Positions 51,566-62,136 of a stretch of DNA of 64,000 nucleotides are shown here, piece after piece. Numbering within the stretch: the stretch's first letter is position 1; every line of letters begins with the position of its first letter. Below the pieces are notes generated by a model that did no database searches, was not told the origin of the DNA, and saw only the letters and a list, made by a program, of their open reading frames with translations. The stretch is from NCBI RefSeq assembly GCF_006345805.1, contig NC_043017.1, positions 24,304,001 to 24,368,000 of the forward strand, written 5' to 3'. Made by a program: the position numbers and the translations under genes. This stretch comes from Octopus sinensis. Taxonomy: Eukaryota.

Positions 51566-54500
51566 CCAACCAATTGTGGCCATTTGCCAGCCTCCTCTGG
51601 CCCCTGTGCTGGTGGCACGTAAAAAGCACCCACTACACTCACGGAGTGGTTGGCGTTAGGAAGGGCATCAAGCTGTAGAAACGCTGTCAGATCAGACTGG
51701 AGCCTGGTACAGCCTCCTGGCTTCCCAGACCCCGGTCGAACTGTCCAACCCATGCTAGCATGGAAAACGTACGTTAAACGATGATGATGATGATATATCT
51801 GTATGTATGTATATATATACATATATACACACACACACATATACATCATCATTGTTTAACGTTCTTCTTCCATGCTGGCATGGGTTGGGTGGTTTGACAG
51901 GTGGTCAGGCAGGAGCCTGCATCATGCTTATGTGTCTGTTTTAACATGGTTCCTATGGCTGGATGCTCCTTCCTAATGCCATCCATTCCACGGAGTGAGC
52001 CAAGTGCTTTTTATATGGCACTTAACACATTTGGTAGGAGTTGCAAATATTTATATGTTTGACTGAGTTCCATGTGACTTTAAGCTTCATGGGCTCATAG
52101 GATGAATTCACCTCAGCAGATATCTGTAGAACGGTCATATACAGCTGAGTCATACTGGCATCGAAATATAGTTAAACACAATTCAGGTAAAAGCTTTGTC
52201 TGCTCTGCAAAGCTCGTCTGTAGTTGCTGGCTACCTCATGTCAACATAGTGGAAACCGGTACTGCTACTGGATATGCATGAGGAATTCCATAGTATCTGT
52301 AGAGTTCATATACATAGATAAATGACAGAAAATGGAACAAATGACAGTCCTTATTTAAAAATCATTACAATTGTTTTGACAAGTTTTTACACTTGTAGTA
52401 CATTGGTGAAATATTGTGTAATCATTTAAATAGATTCTATTGTCATTTCACTCAGTACTCTCTCTCTCTTTTACTTGTTTCAGTCATTTGACTGCAGCCA
52501 TGCTGGAGCACCGCCTTTAATCGAGCAACTCGACCCCGGGACTTATTCTTTGTAAGCCCAGTACTTATTCTATCGGTCTCTTTTGCCGAACCGCTAAGTG
52601 ACGGGGACATAAACACACTGGCATCGGTTGTCAAGCAATGCTAGGGGGACAAACACAGACACACAAACACACATATACATATACATACATATATACGACG
52701 GGCTTTTTCAGTTTCCGTCTACCAAATCCACTCACAATGCTTTGGTCGGCCCGGGGCTATAGTAGAAGACACTTGCCAAAGGTGCCACGCAGTGGGACTG
52801 AACCCGGAACCATGTGGTTGGTAAGCAAGCTACTTACCACACAGCCACTCCTACACCTTAGTGTGAGAATAAAATGACAACAGGATCTAACAAATGACTT
52901 ATTTAACCCTTTTACATTTAACCCAGGCATATCTCCATCAATAGATTTTGCCTGACCCATGCAAGCATGGAATAGGGGACATTCAATGACAATGGTGCCA
53001 ATGAGTACATTACTGTTCCCTCTTCTCCTTTCAGTTGAACTTTGCAATAATCTTAACGATGATCTACACCGTTGTCATGATGACCGTCTTAGCAGGACTC
53101 TGCCTGGAGATTGCTGGTTCTTTGTTCTGTTCAACAACAACGATATTTGCAACTTTGGTCTTCATGGCATTTGTTTCCGCTGCACTTCTGCATCCGCAAG
53201 AGTTTTCAGCTATCTTTGGAGGGTTTGTGTTCCTTTTGGCAGTACCAACCATGTCCATCATTTTGGTAATCTATGCCATGGGAAATTTGCATATTGTATC
53301 CTGGGGTACTCGTGAAGTGGTGCAACAAAACTCGAAAGTACTTTCAGCTGATGGCAACCATGACGTGTCTTCAAGTGGAGTGTCTTTCTCGGCACTTTCT
53401 CCAGTGAGTAAAACAATTCGAAAGAAATTTCAAAGGTATGTTTTATTTTTAAATTTAAAAAGTTATAATTAACCCTTTAGATACCAACACGCCTGAGAGC
53501 GCCCCTGATTCTGAAACAAAGTTCAGGCTTTAAAGTGGTCTAAATTAAAAGCTTCCATCAGTTTAATTAATGCCCCAAACACCAGGTTAACAATGGCAAA
53601 ATTATTTTACTAAATTCATTATTTTCAAAATCAATTGAAATAAAGTTGGTGTATTTCAACAGTGACAAAAGGAAGATGATGAGCGAGCAGAATAATTAGG
53701 AAGACAAGCAAAATGCTTAGAAGCATTTCATCTATCTTTATATTCTGAGCTCAAATTCTGCCGAGGTCAACTTTGCCTTTTATAGTTTTGGGGTAATTGA
53801 AATAAGTACCAGTTGAGCACTGGAACTGACGCAATCAACTTACTCCGTCCCCCAAAGTTGCTGGCCTTGTGTCCAAATTAGAAGGCTGGTGAATTGACAG
53901 TCAGTCATTAGAGCATTGGACAAAAGCACCATGCTATAAACACTTGCAATTCTTTGTTCTGAGTTCAAATTCTATCAAGGCCACCATCCCCAAATTGCTG
54001 GCCTTGTGTCAAAATTTGAAATCAACATTAGAAGGTCAGTAAATGGCAGAAGCAACAAAGCTTCCCACAAAATGCCATCTGGCGTTTAGTTATTCCTCTT
54101 GATATTCTGAGTTCAAAACCTGCTACTGTCAGTTATGTATTTATCCTTTCAGGGGCTCAATAAAATGAGTTCTTTAAACGTCCAGATATTGCCTTTATTG
54201 AACTCATAAAGCAAAATATGCTGAATATGCTCCTTTGTCACTTCCATTATAGCTTTGAAAAAATAGCTGTTAAAATCAAACTGCACTTTTCAAAACTTGC
54301 ACTAAGAATAAGTACATGGTAAAATGACTACCTGCTTTTATAGCAAGTCGATGCAGGTAGTTTATCCTGTCCCCTTCCGACTTTTAGTTTATGCAATTGA
54401 GAAAAACCGTATTATTTATGGGATGACCCAATATATAATTATTTTTTGGGGGTTGTTTGTATGCGTGTTTCTGTCTCTTTCAACATATAGACAATGCAAA

Positions 54501-57279
54501 ACAGACTTTAAATAAAAGACGTTCATGTTGAACAATTTATAATGGTAAGTGTCTGATTAACAAACATTTTTACCAGTTGCATAGTGATGGGTAACGACCT
54601 AATCTTCTGTAACAAACATTCCTGGCCTTCAGGAAGGACATTTGGCCATAGAAAATCTGCTTAACCCTTTAGTGTTCGCATTATTCTGCCAAAATTAATC
54701 CTTTTTTATCTAAATTGTTTTGAACTAATCATGCATCATCTTGTAGCTATGAGATTTCAATGAGGTAGGTGTTAATTTTTAAAATGATATTGTAGGGTTT
54801 GTGTGAGAGACCAGATCTGGCCAGTCTGACCATAAAACAGGCAGAATACTTTTGGCCGGATATGGCCAGTTTAAATGCTAAAGGGTTAAATGAATTCTAT
54901 TTTCCTCATGCAAACATGAAACGATGGACTTTGAAACAATGCTTATATTTCAAAAGCTTATTTATGTCCTGTCCACAGCTTCATCAACGCCATTCGAAAA
55001 TGTTTCCAGAAATCCACACCAGAACAATGCGATGTTCAACATCAAGAAATTTTGACACGCATCCAAGAACTAGAATCCAAACTGAACAAACTTACAAACC
55101 AACAAAAACATGAAAAGCCATCTTGCACATTGGAGTCGGTTGGCTTTCAAGAAATTAGTATGTAACTTAATGAATTTTTTCTTTGTTATGGTTATTCCAG
55201 CAATAATGTTAAATATCTACTAAAAAATAGATTTGTTTTAATAAACTTGACATAATCATCATTTAACGTCCATTTTCCATGCTGGCATGGATTGGACGGT
55301 TTGATAGGAGCTGCACTGACAAAAAATAGTTCCAAATATGACATTCCTCAACAAAAAGTAGATTGGTGTATAAAAGTGCTTTCTACAGTTAAGGATAATG
55401 AAATTTTGAGTGGACATATCTGATTTCCTCAGTAAACGGGTTAATTGACTTGAAGACTATATGCAAGATTTGAACAGTGGGTAACAAAGCCATATTTTGA
55501 TACTACATGTTTCCGAGTTCAAATTTTGTTTGCTCTCGACACTATCCTTTCGCTCTAAGATCCCTGAAAATTAAGGGGATTTGAGAGGCAACATTCCATA
55601 TAGATTGTGGGCTATTGTTGTTTAGCCCCAGGCAAATTTTGACTGATCAGATCTATGATCATACATATTCTAGTCATGTCCAACTTTTCTTTGTAAGTAT
55701 ATCAGGGACTACATTGTTCAATGTGTCCTGTCATTTTTAAAAAGACATGGAGTTGTTCGAGGTAAATTTAGCTGCTATTTCTAAAGGCAACAACATCAGT
55801 TTTGTGAAATCCCTATTTCTTAGCAAGCTGCATTCACTTTAGCTGTTCGAAGTTTGTTTCCCAACGACATAGTTACAGATCAGTTCTGCTGCATGGAAAC
55901 TTGGGCAGATACCTTCCACTATAGCCTCAGGTCAACTAAAGCCTTGCAAGTGGCTTTGCTAAATGGAAACTGAAAGAAGCACACTGTGTGTGTGTGCATG
56001 CACATGCTTGTGTCTCCTTACCTTGACATCACCTAATAGGTTTGTCATCAGGTAGGGTATCTAGCTAATACAAAACTCTTCCACACTGTAAACTCATCTG
56101 ACCCATGCAAGCATTGAAAAATAGAAGTTAAAACAATGAAGATGGCATAGCTAAATTACTAAATTTATCTAATCTCCCCAATAAATATGATTTGTTTTTA
56201 ATTATTTTTTTTTGTTTCCTTTTTGCCAAGGTACTGAAAATAATGCCAACCCCAACATTACTGTCAATCCAAACCACTGGTGTGATGATGAAGTCCTCGG
56301 CCAAAGTGAAATAGCTCACATCTCACTACAAGAGTCAAAGTTTTGGAAGGACTTCATTCACAAATATCTGCTACCTTTAAAAAGTAATCCCGAAGCCCAG
56401 AAGCAAAAAAGATTCAGCCTAGAAAGACTTCGGAATAAACTGGCCACATTGTACCTGTTAGCTAACATGTCATTTATTTTGTTGGTATTGTCTCTTGAGA
56501 ATAGCAGCTTTTCTAACGACAAGCTCACATTCTTGATCTCTTGTAATTTCAAAGATGTTACCTACGATAAAGTTCGACCTCTCTCGGTTATATTTGTAAT
56601 AGTGTTTGGGGTGATACTCATTTGCCAAATGTTAGCAATGCTTTTCCATCGTGCGTTGACCATTATCCATATCATAGCATCAATAGACCTAAACATCGGC
56701 CATCCATGGCAAAAGAAAGCGCAGTCTAACACTCTACAATTGATTCGTGACATGCAACGGCTGGATAAGCAAGTAGTTGAGACCGATTCCATACTAACAA
56801 CAGAAGACTGCCAGGAACCAAGCAGTGACAATTATCTGAATCTGGAACATAAAAGACAACCGGAATGGGTTAACCGCCTTGACAACAACCAAACAACATG
56901 TAGTTCTTTAGAAGGCCATTTTAAAGAGAATTTCTATAGAATAGCCAGCAGGACTTTTGCGAAAAGTAAATCAGAACAAGTAATATATAAACAAAGATCA
57001 GTTGGACACCATGTAACCTCTCTTCCTGTTCTTGAACGAAACACAAAGAACAACAGGCAGATACGAAAATGCAACTCAGCTGCTCGACAAATCATTGAAC
57101 ACGGCAGATGGAATCCAGAATCCACTGAATGGAATGAACCGAAAATGAATAATATTCATTCAAATAAACCCAACACGAATACCAATCATCACAGCCAAGG
57201 CAGCCATTTTTCTTTATTTGCAACTGATTCAACACATTCCACTACAGAAAAACAGTTCTTGCAAGAAACATCTGTATAG
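34838..57279 (+). CDS. CHS: Chitin synthase (GT2, metazoan type), 14 coding exons, ~1491 aa, no myosin head seen
   Basis: Manual splicing of the 14 exons below gives 4476 nt in one frame. Motifs in order: WDVF, ERLASSEKLF, CVTLWHES, TPYGGRL, KKRWSQ, LDGD, WYQKFEYAISHW, CSPGCFSLFR, QKDQGEDRW, QRRRW, SWGTRE, QMLAMLFHR. Confidence 0.96.
35806..36205 (+). CDS. CHS: CHS exon 2 (MCPVVWDVF...TNTFLW)
   Basis: Acceptor tttcgtttcAG, donor TGG|GTGAGT; WDVF motif and TM segments. Confidence 0.9.
36305..37130 (-). mobile_element. RTE-clade LINE 3' relic in CHS intron 2
   Basis: KCYIVPVALYWAETW..EKQINDFEMCVFRRLGRMSWKDR..IKSTKLSYF; (TGA)n tail. Confidence 0.8.
37440..38347 (+). CDS. CHS: CHS exon 3 (N-terminal TM region, ...ERLASSEK)
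   Basis: 303-aa ORF; acceptor gttttAG, donor AA|GTAAGA. Confidence 0.93.
39522..39621 (+). CDS. CHS: CHS exon 4 (LFVKPMYCAINLEQFLFLNKRRND...)
   Basis: Acceptor tatttccAG, donor AGT|GTAAGA; resembles the CHS LFxxPxYxxxxxxQxLxLNRR segment. Confidence 0.9.
41044..41198 (+). CDS. CHS: CHS exon 5 (...PRIFVCVTLWHESEIEMMKLLKSIFR)
   Basis: CATMWHET-like motif; donor AG|GTGAGC. Acceptor atcaacAG chosen because it keeps phase 0. Confidence 0.88.
41303..41730 (+). mobile_element. SINE family A (CHS intron 5)
   Basis: Full-length copy. Confidence 0.9.
41972..42051 (+). CDS. CHS: CHS exon 6 (LDIDQCARRHARLYFDLVDPDYYTFE)
   Basis: Acceptor ttatcacAG, donor G|GTGACA; DPDYY motif. Confidence 0.92.
42088..42420. 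repeat. Degenerate (CT)n polypyrimidine tract, CHS intron 6
   Basis: Seen directly. Confidence 0.9.
43079..43169 (+). CDS. CHS: CHS exon 7 (AHLIIDDAF...MDSAL)
   Basis: Acceptor ttcttacAG, donor AG|GTATGT; DDAF motif. Confidence 0.92.
43245..43715. mobile_element. Small TIR element (Harbinger-like ends) with a nested piggyBac MITE and a local duplication
   Basis: CAGTGGTGCAGCTAG ... CTACATGCACCACTG. Confidence 0.5.
44330..44557 (+). mobile_element. SINE family A, 5' half (CHS intron 7)
   Basis: Joined head-to-head to a SINE B relic. Confidence 0.88.
44811..44964 (+). CDS. CHS: CHS exon 8 (...TPYGGRLEWTLPGG...KIRSKKRWSQ)
   Basis: Acceptor ttttatccAG, donor CAA|GTAAGT. Confidence 0.96.
45625..46010 (-). 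mobile_element. SINE family A (CHS intron 8)
   Basis: Full-length; joined head-to-head to a SINE B relic. Confidence 0.9.
46975..47332. repeat. 358-bp spacerless palindrome in CHS intron 8
   Basis: Centre T7/A7 at 47153/47154; arms differ by two 1-nt indels. Confidence 0.95.
47481..47935 (-). mobile_element. Two SINE B copies plus a ~75 bp spacer inside one direct repeat
   Basis: TTTTCACACAAATACC at 47481-47496 and 47920-47935. Confidence 0.75.
48177..48383. repeat. Fold-back element, ~76-bp arms, AT-rich spacer, TA-flanked
   Basis: TTAAATTAGAGATAAAACCACTATTAGG... and its reverse complement. Confidence 0.9.
48712..49110 (+). mobile_element. SINE family A (CHS intron 8)
   Basis: Near full-length copy. 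Confidence 0.9.
49168..49378 (+). CDS. CHS: CHS exon 9 (VMYMYWILG...LLTLDGDIEF...AACGRIHPVGS)
   Basis: Acceptor gttacAG, donor G|GTAAGC; DxD motif. Confidence 0.97.
49675..49875 (+). CDS. CHS: CHS exon 10 (PLIWYQKFEYAISHW...CSPGCFSLFR...QKDQ)
   Basis: Acceptor cccttttAG, donor G|GTAACT. Confidence 0.97.
50030..50412 (-). mobile_element. SINE family A, older copy (CHS intron 10)
   Basis: Diverged full-length copy. Confidence 0.85.
50583..50932 (-). repeat. Three tandem ~110-bp copies of a SINE A head
   Basis: Units start at 50583, 50694 and 50803. Confidence 0.85.
51082..51479 (+). CDS. CHS: CHS exon 11 (EDRW...QRRRWMPSTLAN...)
   Basis: Catalytic EDR and QRRRW motifs; donor CAG|GTAAGT. Confidence 0.98.
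52455..52850 (-). mobile_element. SINE family A (CHS intron 11)
   Basis: Full-length copy. Confidence 0.9.
53035..53435 (+). CDS. CHS: CHS exon 12 (TM helices, LHPQEF, SWGTRE)
   Basis: Acceptor ctcctttcAG, donor AG|GTATGT (phase 2). Confidence 0.93.
54979..55157 (+). CDS. CHS: CHS exon 13 (predicted coiled coil, EILTRIQELESKLNKL)
   Basis: Acceptor gtccacAG, donor A|GTATGT; bridges phase 2 to phase 1. Confidence 0.8.
56231..57279 (+). CDS. CHS: CHS exon 14 (terminal; TM helices, QMLAMLFHR, stop TAG)
   Basis: 355-aa ORF; acceptor tttttgccAAG. Confidence 0.92.
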
Positions 57280-59454
57280 ACAACTTTCATTGGCACAAAT
57301 CGTCTGTCATAATATTTGATCATTAATCATACATTATGATGTTTCTTTAAGCATTAACCTTCAAATAGAAATCTAATGGTTGGAGGATTCCATTCAGTAG
57401 TCTAACGCTAATTCATAAGTTGCTCAGAAGGTTATTATTAGGGTTTACGTATTGAAAAAACCCATCAAAGCATACAATATAATCGTCTTTCAAATTTGTT
57501 ATACTCTTTAACAAATATATAAATATATATATATTTATATACTTTAACATATCTTTTAACAAATGTTTCCTTATAATATTAATTATCTTAAAACACAAAT
57601 CTATATAAGTAATTAAATCATACAATATATGCCTGTTTGGAATTTATATATTTTAACTAACATAAAATATATATTTACATATGTTATAATATATAAACAT
57701 ATATATTTGTTTCTTTAAAATATTTACTCATCTTCAACAATAAATCTATTCAAACCATTAAAGTTTACAATATACCCTGCTTGGAAATTTATACATTTTA
57801 ACAAACATCATTATTTTTGTGACACGGCATTCAATCAACTTCCCTAATTACAAACTTGTTACATTTCCTACATAAAATTATTACTATTTTAAGACATTAA
57901 ATATCACTTCTTTTCTTCAATAACTTGTATTAATTCATAGCTGATGTCTTCAAAATTTCCTTCAAACAAGTTCAATTTTTCCCACTTTCAATAAATTCCA
58001 CACGAAAAATATACTTAATCATACCTGTTTTAACACACACACACTCTTTAAGCATATCTTCATTTCTCTTTCCTATTATGTTTTTAAGAAAAAACGTTTT
58101 ATATTCACGAATATATTTTTCTTGCTCTTCTTTCAAAATTGATCTCATTTCATTTTCTCAAAATCAAATTAAATAAAAACTTGAATGACAGTCCAAGCAT
58201 CAAATTATAAAATACACACTCTCTCTCTCTCCTATGTATATAGTAGTATGTATATATGTATATAGTACTATCAATTTGTTTTTATTTTTACCTGCATGGA
58301 TACATGCATGTCTATATATATGTGTATGTATGTCTTTGTGTGTGTGTACATGCTTAAGCTTACAGATGTTACCACTGTATGCTTTATCTTTGATTCGATA
58401 TTCTGGTAAAACAAACCAAAAAATGTAGACAGATAGGATCAATCTTTTTTTCTCTTTTAATAAATCTCTAATTCATTGCCTTATTCTTGAGTTCAGCTTC
58501 TACTGTAAAATAAATACTTGTAACATAACTATATTCCAATAATCAAACGATACCAAATCCATTTATAATTGAAATATTAACTATAAAAGGCATTTAGTAA
58601 AGTATACAGATATTGTGATTTTGTCACAACACTTCGTGAAAATTCCAGTAATATTTATAACAGTGACTTCTAAAATGGAAATCTTATAAAATGCTATTCC
58701 TTTTCAATCGACATTTGCACCAATTTTTTGTTTAGCTGTGAATAATATCCATTCACACCAAACACTATAACCCTGTGTGTTTGTATATAGGAACAAGAGT
58801 GGCTGTGTGGCAAGAAGTTTGCTTCCCAGCCACATAGTTTCGGGTCCAGTCCCACTGCATGGTACCTTCAGCAAGTGTCTTCTACTATAGCCCCAGGGCA
58901 ACCAAAGCCTTGCCAGTGGATTTAGTAGAAGGAAACTGAAAGAAGCCTGTCATGTGTGTGTAAATTATAGAAAACAGAAGAGAATTTCGATTATCCCCAT
59001 TTGGTCAATTGTAATAAAAGGAAAATGCATACGATTTACATAGTTTTAATATATTTTAAATGAAAGAGTATTGTAGTTGTCTACGGGTTTCATTTTCGCT
59101 AATCACGACATTGAAATTGTGATTTCATATTTTCTTACGAACTTTTTAGTCCATATTTTTGTATGAAAGCACAAAAATTTAAGAGGAAGTAACTGGTGAT
59201 AACTATTATTTGGGACAGGGGGTGTAATTGCTCATATTTTGGGTGGGATAAACGAACATAACAAAAACTCATGAGCTAAAGTAGTGAGATGAAATATGTA
59301 CAGTGAATGATATGTGATCATGAATTAAAATATATACTGAGACCAAAGCTGATTCTGCTCATGTTTAGGCATGTTCTGTATTTTTCGATAAATAAATTTT
59401 CTTTATTTAAATATTCTTGTACAGTAATTGTTTCTTTGCACTGAAATTTGGTTG

Positions 59455-59760
59455 GAGATACCTTGCACATCTGTGTTCACTCAAAGGTACCTGTCTATAT
59501 TTTGGGAAACAAATCTATTCCTTATATAGTGTGGTTCTCCATCTAAGTGACATACTTGTCTGTCTGATATAGTTGTCCACAATCTGAACAAGTTACAACA
59601 AAATAAATTCTCAAATGTACAAGTGAAATTGGTCTTAATTGTGAACCTCTCTCCTTGTTCGAATTGGAATTCCAAGCCTTCCAGTAGGTTGGGGCATGTT
59701 CCACAGTTTGGACGTCCACACTTGTTAACCATTGGTTTCGTAGTTGTTCTTGATTGCAAC
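59455..59760 (-). mobile_element. Penelope-like element GIY-YIG endonuclease relic
   Basis: KCGRPNCGTC...FTIKTNFTC..NL/FVVTCSDCGQLY..QTSMSLR.R...SEH, with frameshifts. Confidence 0.8.
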
Positions 59761-59985
59761 ACTCTTTTTCCATTTCAGCCCAAATCCTTTAATTTGTCTT
59801 CCCATTTTGTGGAAACCTTCCAAGTGGTGTTTTCCGATCTCTTGGCTACCACCGAGTAACTGTACAAGCCCACCTGTTACCTGTTAACCTTGCAGCATAT
59901 CCAATCTGGTGCTTTCAGTCTTCTGTGATCACATGGTTTGCTCAGATTCATTCTCAAATTACCTCATTTCGGATATGCCCTTGCA

Positions 59986-60138
59986 ATGAATATCAAAGGC
60001 AAGCTACTAACACACCTCAAATTTGCAGATGACATCATACTCATTGCTGAAACCCCAAATAATCTGTGAACCATGCTGACAGAGCTGGACACCCATAGCT
60101 CAGCAGGTCTTAAAATGAATCACATAGAAACAAAATGT
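59986..60138 (+). mobile_element. LINE reverse transcriptase relic (RTE-like)
   Basis: NIKGKLLTHLKFADDIILIAETP..GLKMN with an in-frame stop. Confidence 0.85.
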
Positions 60139-60247
60139 GTTCTGAAAATGTAGCACAAGGTAGAATACAATTCTATATTTCTGAGATGGAGAATTTATAT
60201 CATGTCTACTGTTTATATTAATCGGATTGATAACCTCATCTTGATTA

Positions 60248-60450
60248 CTCTTTTTTACTCTTTTTACTTGTTTCAGTCATTTGACTGCGGCCATGCTGGA
60301 GCACCGCCTTTAATCGAGCAAATCGATCCCAGGACTTATTCTTTGTAAGCCCAGTACTTATTCTATCGGTCTCTTTTGCCGAACCGCTAAGTGACAGGGA
60401 CATAAACACACCAGCATCGGTTGTCAAGCAATGCTAGGGGACAAACACAG

Positions 60451-60495
<45 letters not shown>

Positions 60496-60660
60496 TACGA
60501 CAGGCTTCTTTCAGTTTCCGTCTACCAAATCCACTCACAAGGCATTGGTCGGCCCGAGGCTATAGCAGAAGACACTTGCCCAAGATGCCACGCAGTGGGA
60601 CTGAACCCGCAACCATATGGTTGGTTAGCAAGCTACTTACCACACAGCCACTCCTGCGCC
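60248..60660 (-). mobile_element. SINE family A
   Basis: Full-length copy. Confidence 0.9.
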
Positions 60661-61085
60661 TATATTGTTAACTTTCACTATGTTTCAGCTGTTGCATGCT
60701 CTAGCCTCCTTCAGGTGTCTTGTGTTGAAATCTGTTGTTGCATTTGAATTTCAATCCTAACATTTTATTTGATCTACAGGAGTAAACTGTTCTCATTCCA
60801 CTCTCTGTAGATTAAATAAAGGGTCGAGTTTGAAATTCTGATACAACAACTGATTTCAACAGGAAACACCTGGAGAAGGCTGAAGTGCAGAACAACCAAA
60901 ATGTAGTGAAAATAACAATCAAGATGAAGACAGGACTCTGACCAATATAAACAGAATACATAAGGCAGAATAGAGTTATGAAACTATAAAATCAAGGAGG
61001 TAAAGGATTACATCTCCATAGAGCACACAGTGAATATCAATATATTATACTTTAACCCTTTAGCATTCTGATTACTCAAATGTAA

Positions 61086-61601
61086 TACCGTAAATCCTTA
61101 AGTATAATCCGCATTTTCCCCCCAAAATTTAAAGGTCAAAATCCCTAGTGCGTACTATATACGAGGTTAAAAATGAAAATTATTTTCTAAGCAATGTTCA
61201 ATTCTCTATTTGCTTTCCGGCAATGTTTATTCAGACGCATTTTGTCATGTCGGGCGCGGAAATACCTTCAGCTAAGCCTGGAAGCAATGAAGTCATAAAA
61301 GGATCATCCATAACTTGCAGTAAGCAACATTTATTAAACATTATTGCTGTTATTTCTTTATTTTTTGCAAACAAAATGCACAAAAAAGCTACACGTTTGC
61401 ATTATGTTATATATACAATAATAATAAAGGACGTTACCGTATACATTTTTACAAACCAAGGACGTTATATAGACCTCCTTGACTCAAGTTAGAGAAGGGG
61501 TGCGTATTATACACAAGGTTTAGGTTTTTCAGAGGTACAGTCCCTTAAAAATCCCCTGCATATTATACTCAAAGACGGACTATACTCGAGGATTTACGGT
61601 A
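61086..61601. mobile_element. Tc1/pogo-type MITE nested in a piggyBac-type MITE
   Basis: TIR TACCGTAAATCCTtaAGTATA / TATACTCGAGGATTTACGGTA, TA duplicated. Confidence 0.8.
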
Positions 61602-62136
61602 CTTATTTATTTACATTGTTTTGAATTATGCATTATCTCATAGTTTCAAGATTTTAACGATGTGAATGTTTATTTTTTGAAATGACATTGTAGGGTGGGT
61701 GTGAGAAGCCAAATCTAGCCATTTTGAATACAAAACCGGTAGAATATTTGGGCTGGATGTGGCTGGTTTAAATGCGAATGGGTTAAGCAAAGGTGAATCA
61801 GCATGGCTTCACTACCTTTCATCAACATTCTGGTCAATCTGGACTGACCCAGGGTCAAACAAAAACAACATAAAACTCATGTACTGAAATCAATGTTTAA
61901 CTTTTTTTTAAAATTAAAATTTAATTTTTTAAATTCCTAATCATGCACACATAAATACTGAAGAATAATTTTGGTGTATTTTCGAATGAAGACGTGGTGT
62001 AGAAATGACATGGAAGTAACATAAACATACAAATACAATATCATAAACAGGATGAAAAGAAAGAGGAGAATAAAATTCTGTTTTACTTAAATAAGATGGA
62101 GTTAAAGATAACTTTTGCAAAGGTCTCAATTCTCAC

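Noticed and set aside
53404-53409. Strong alternative donor CCA|GTGAGT in CHS exon 12
   Set aside because: Phase 0, incompatible with exon 13 (phase 2) and exon 14 (phase 1); using it would frameshift.
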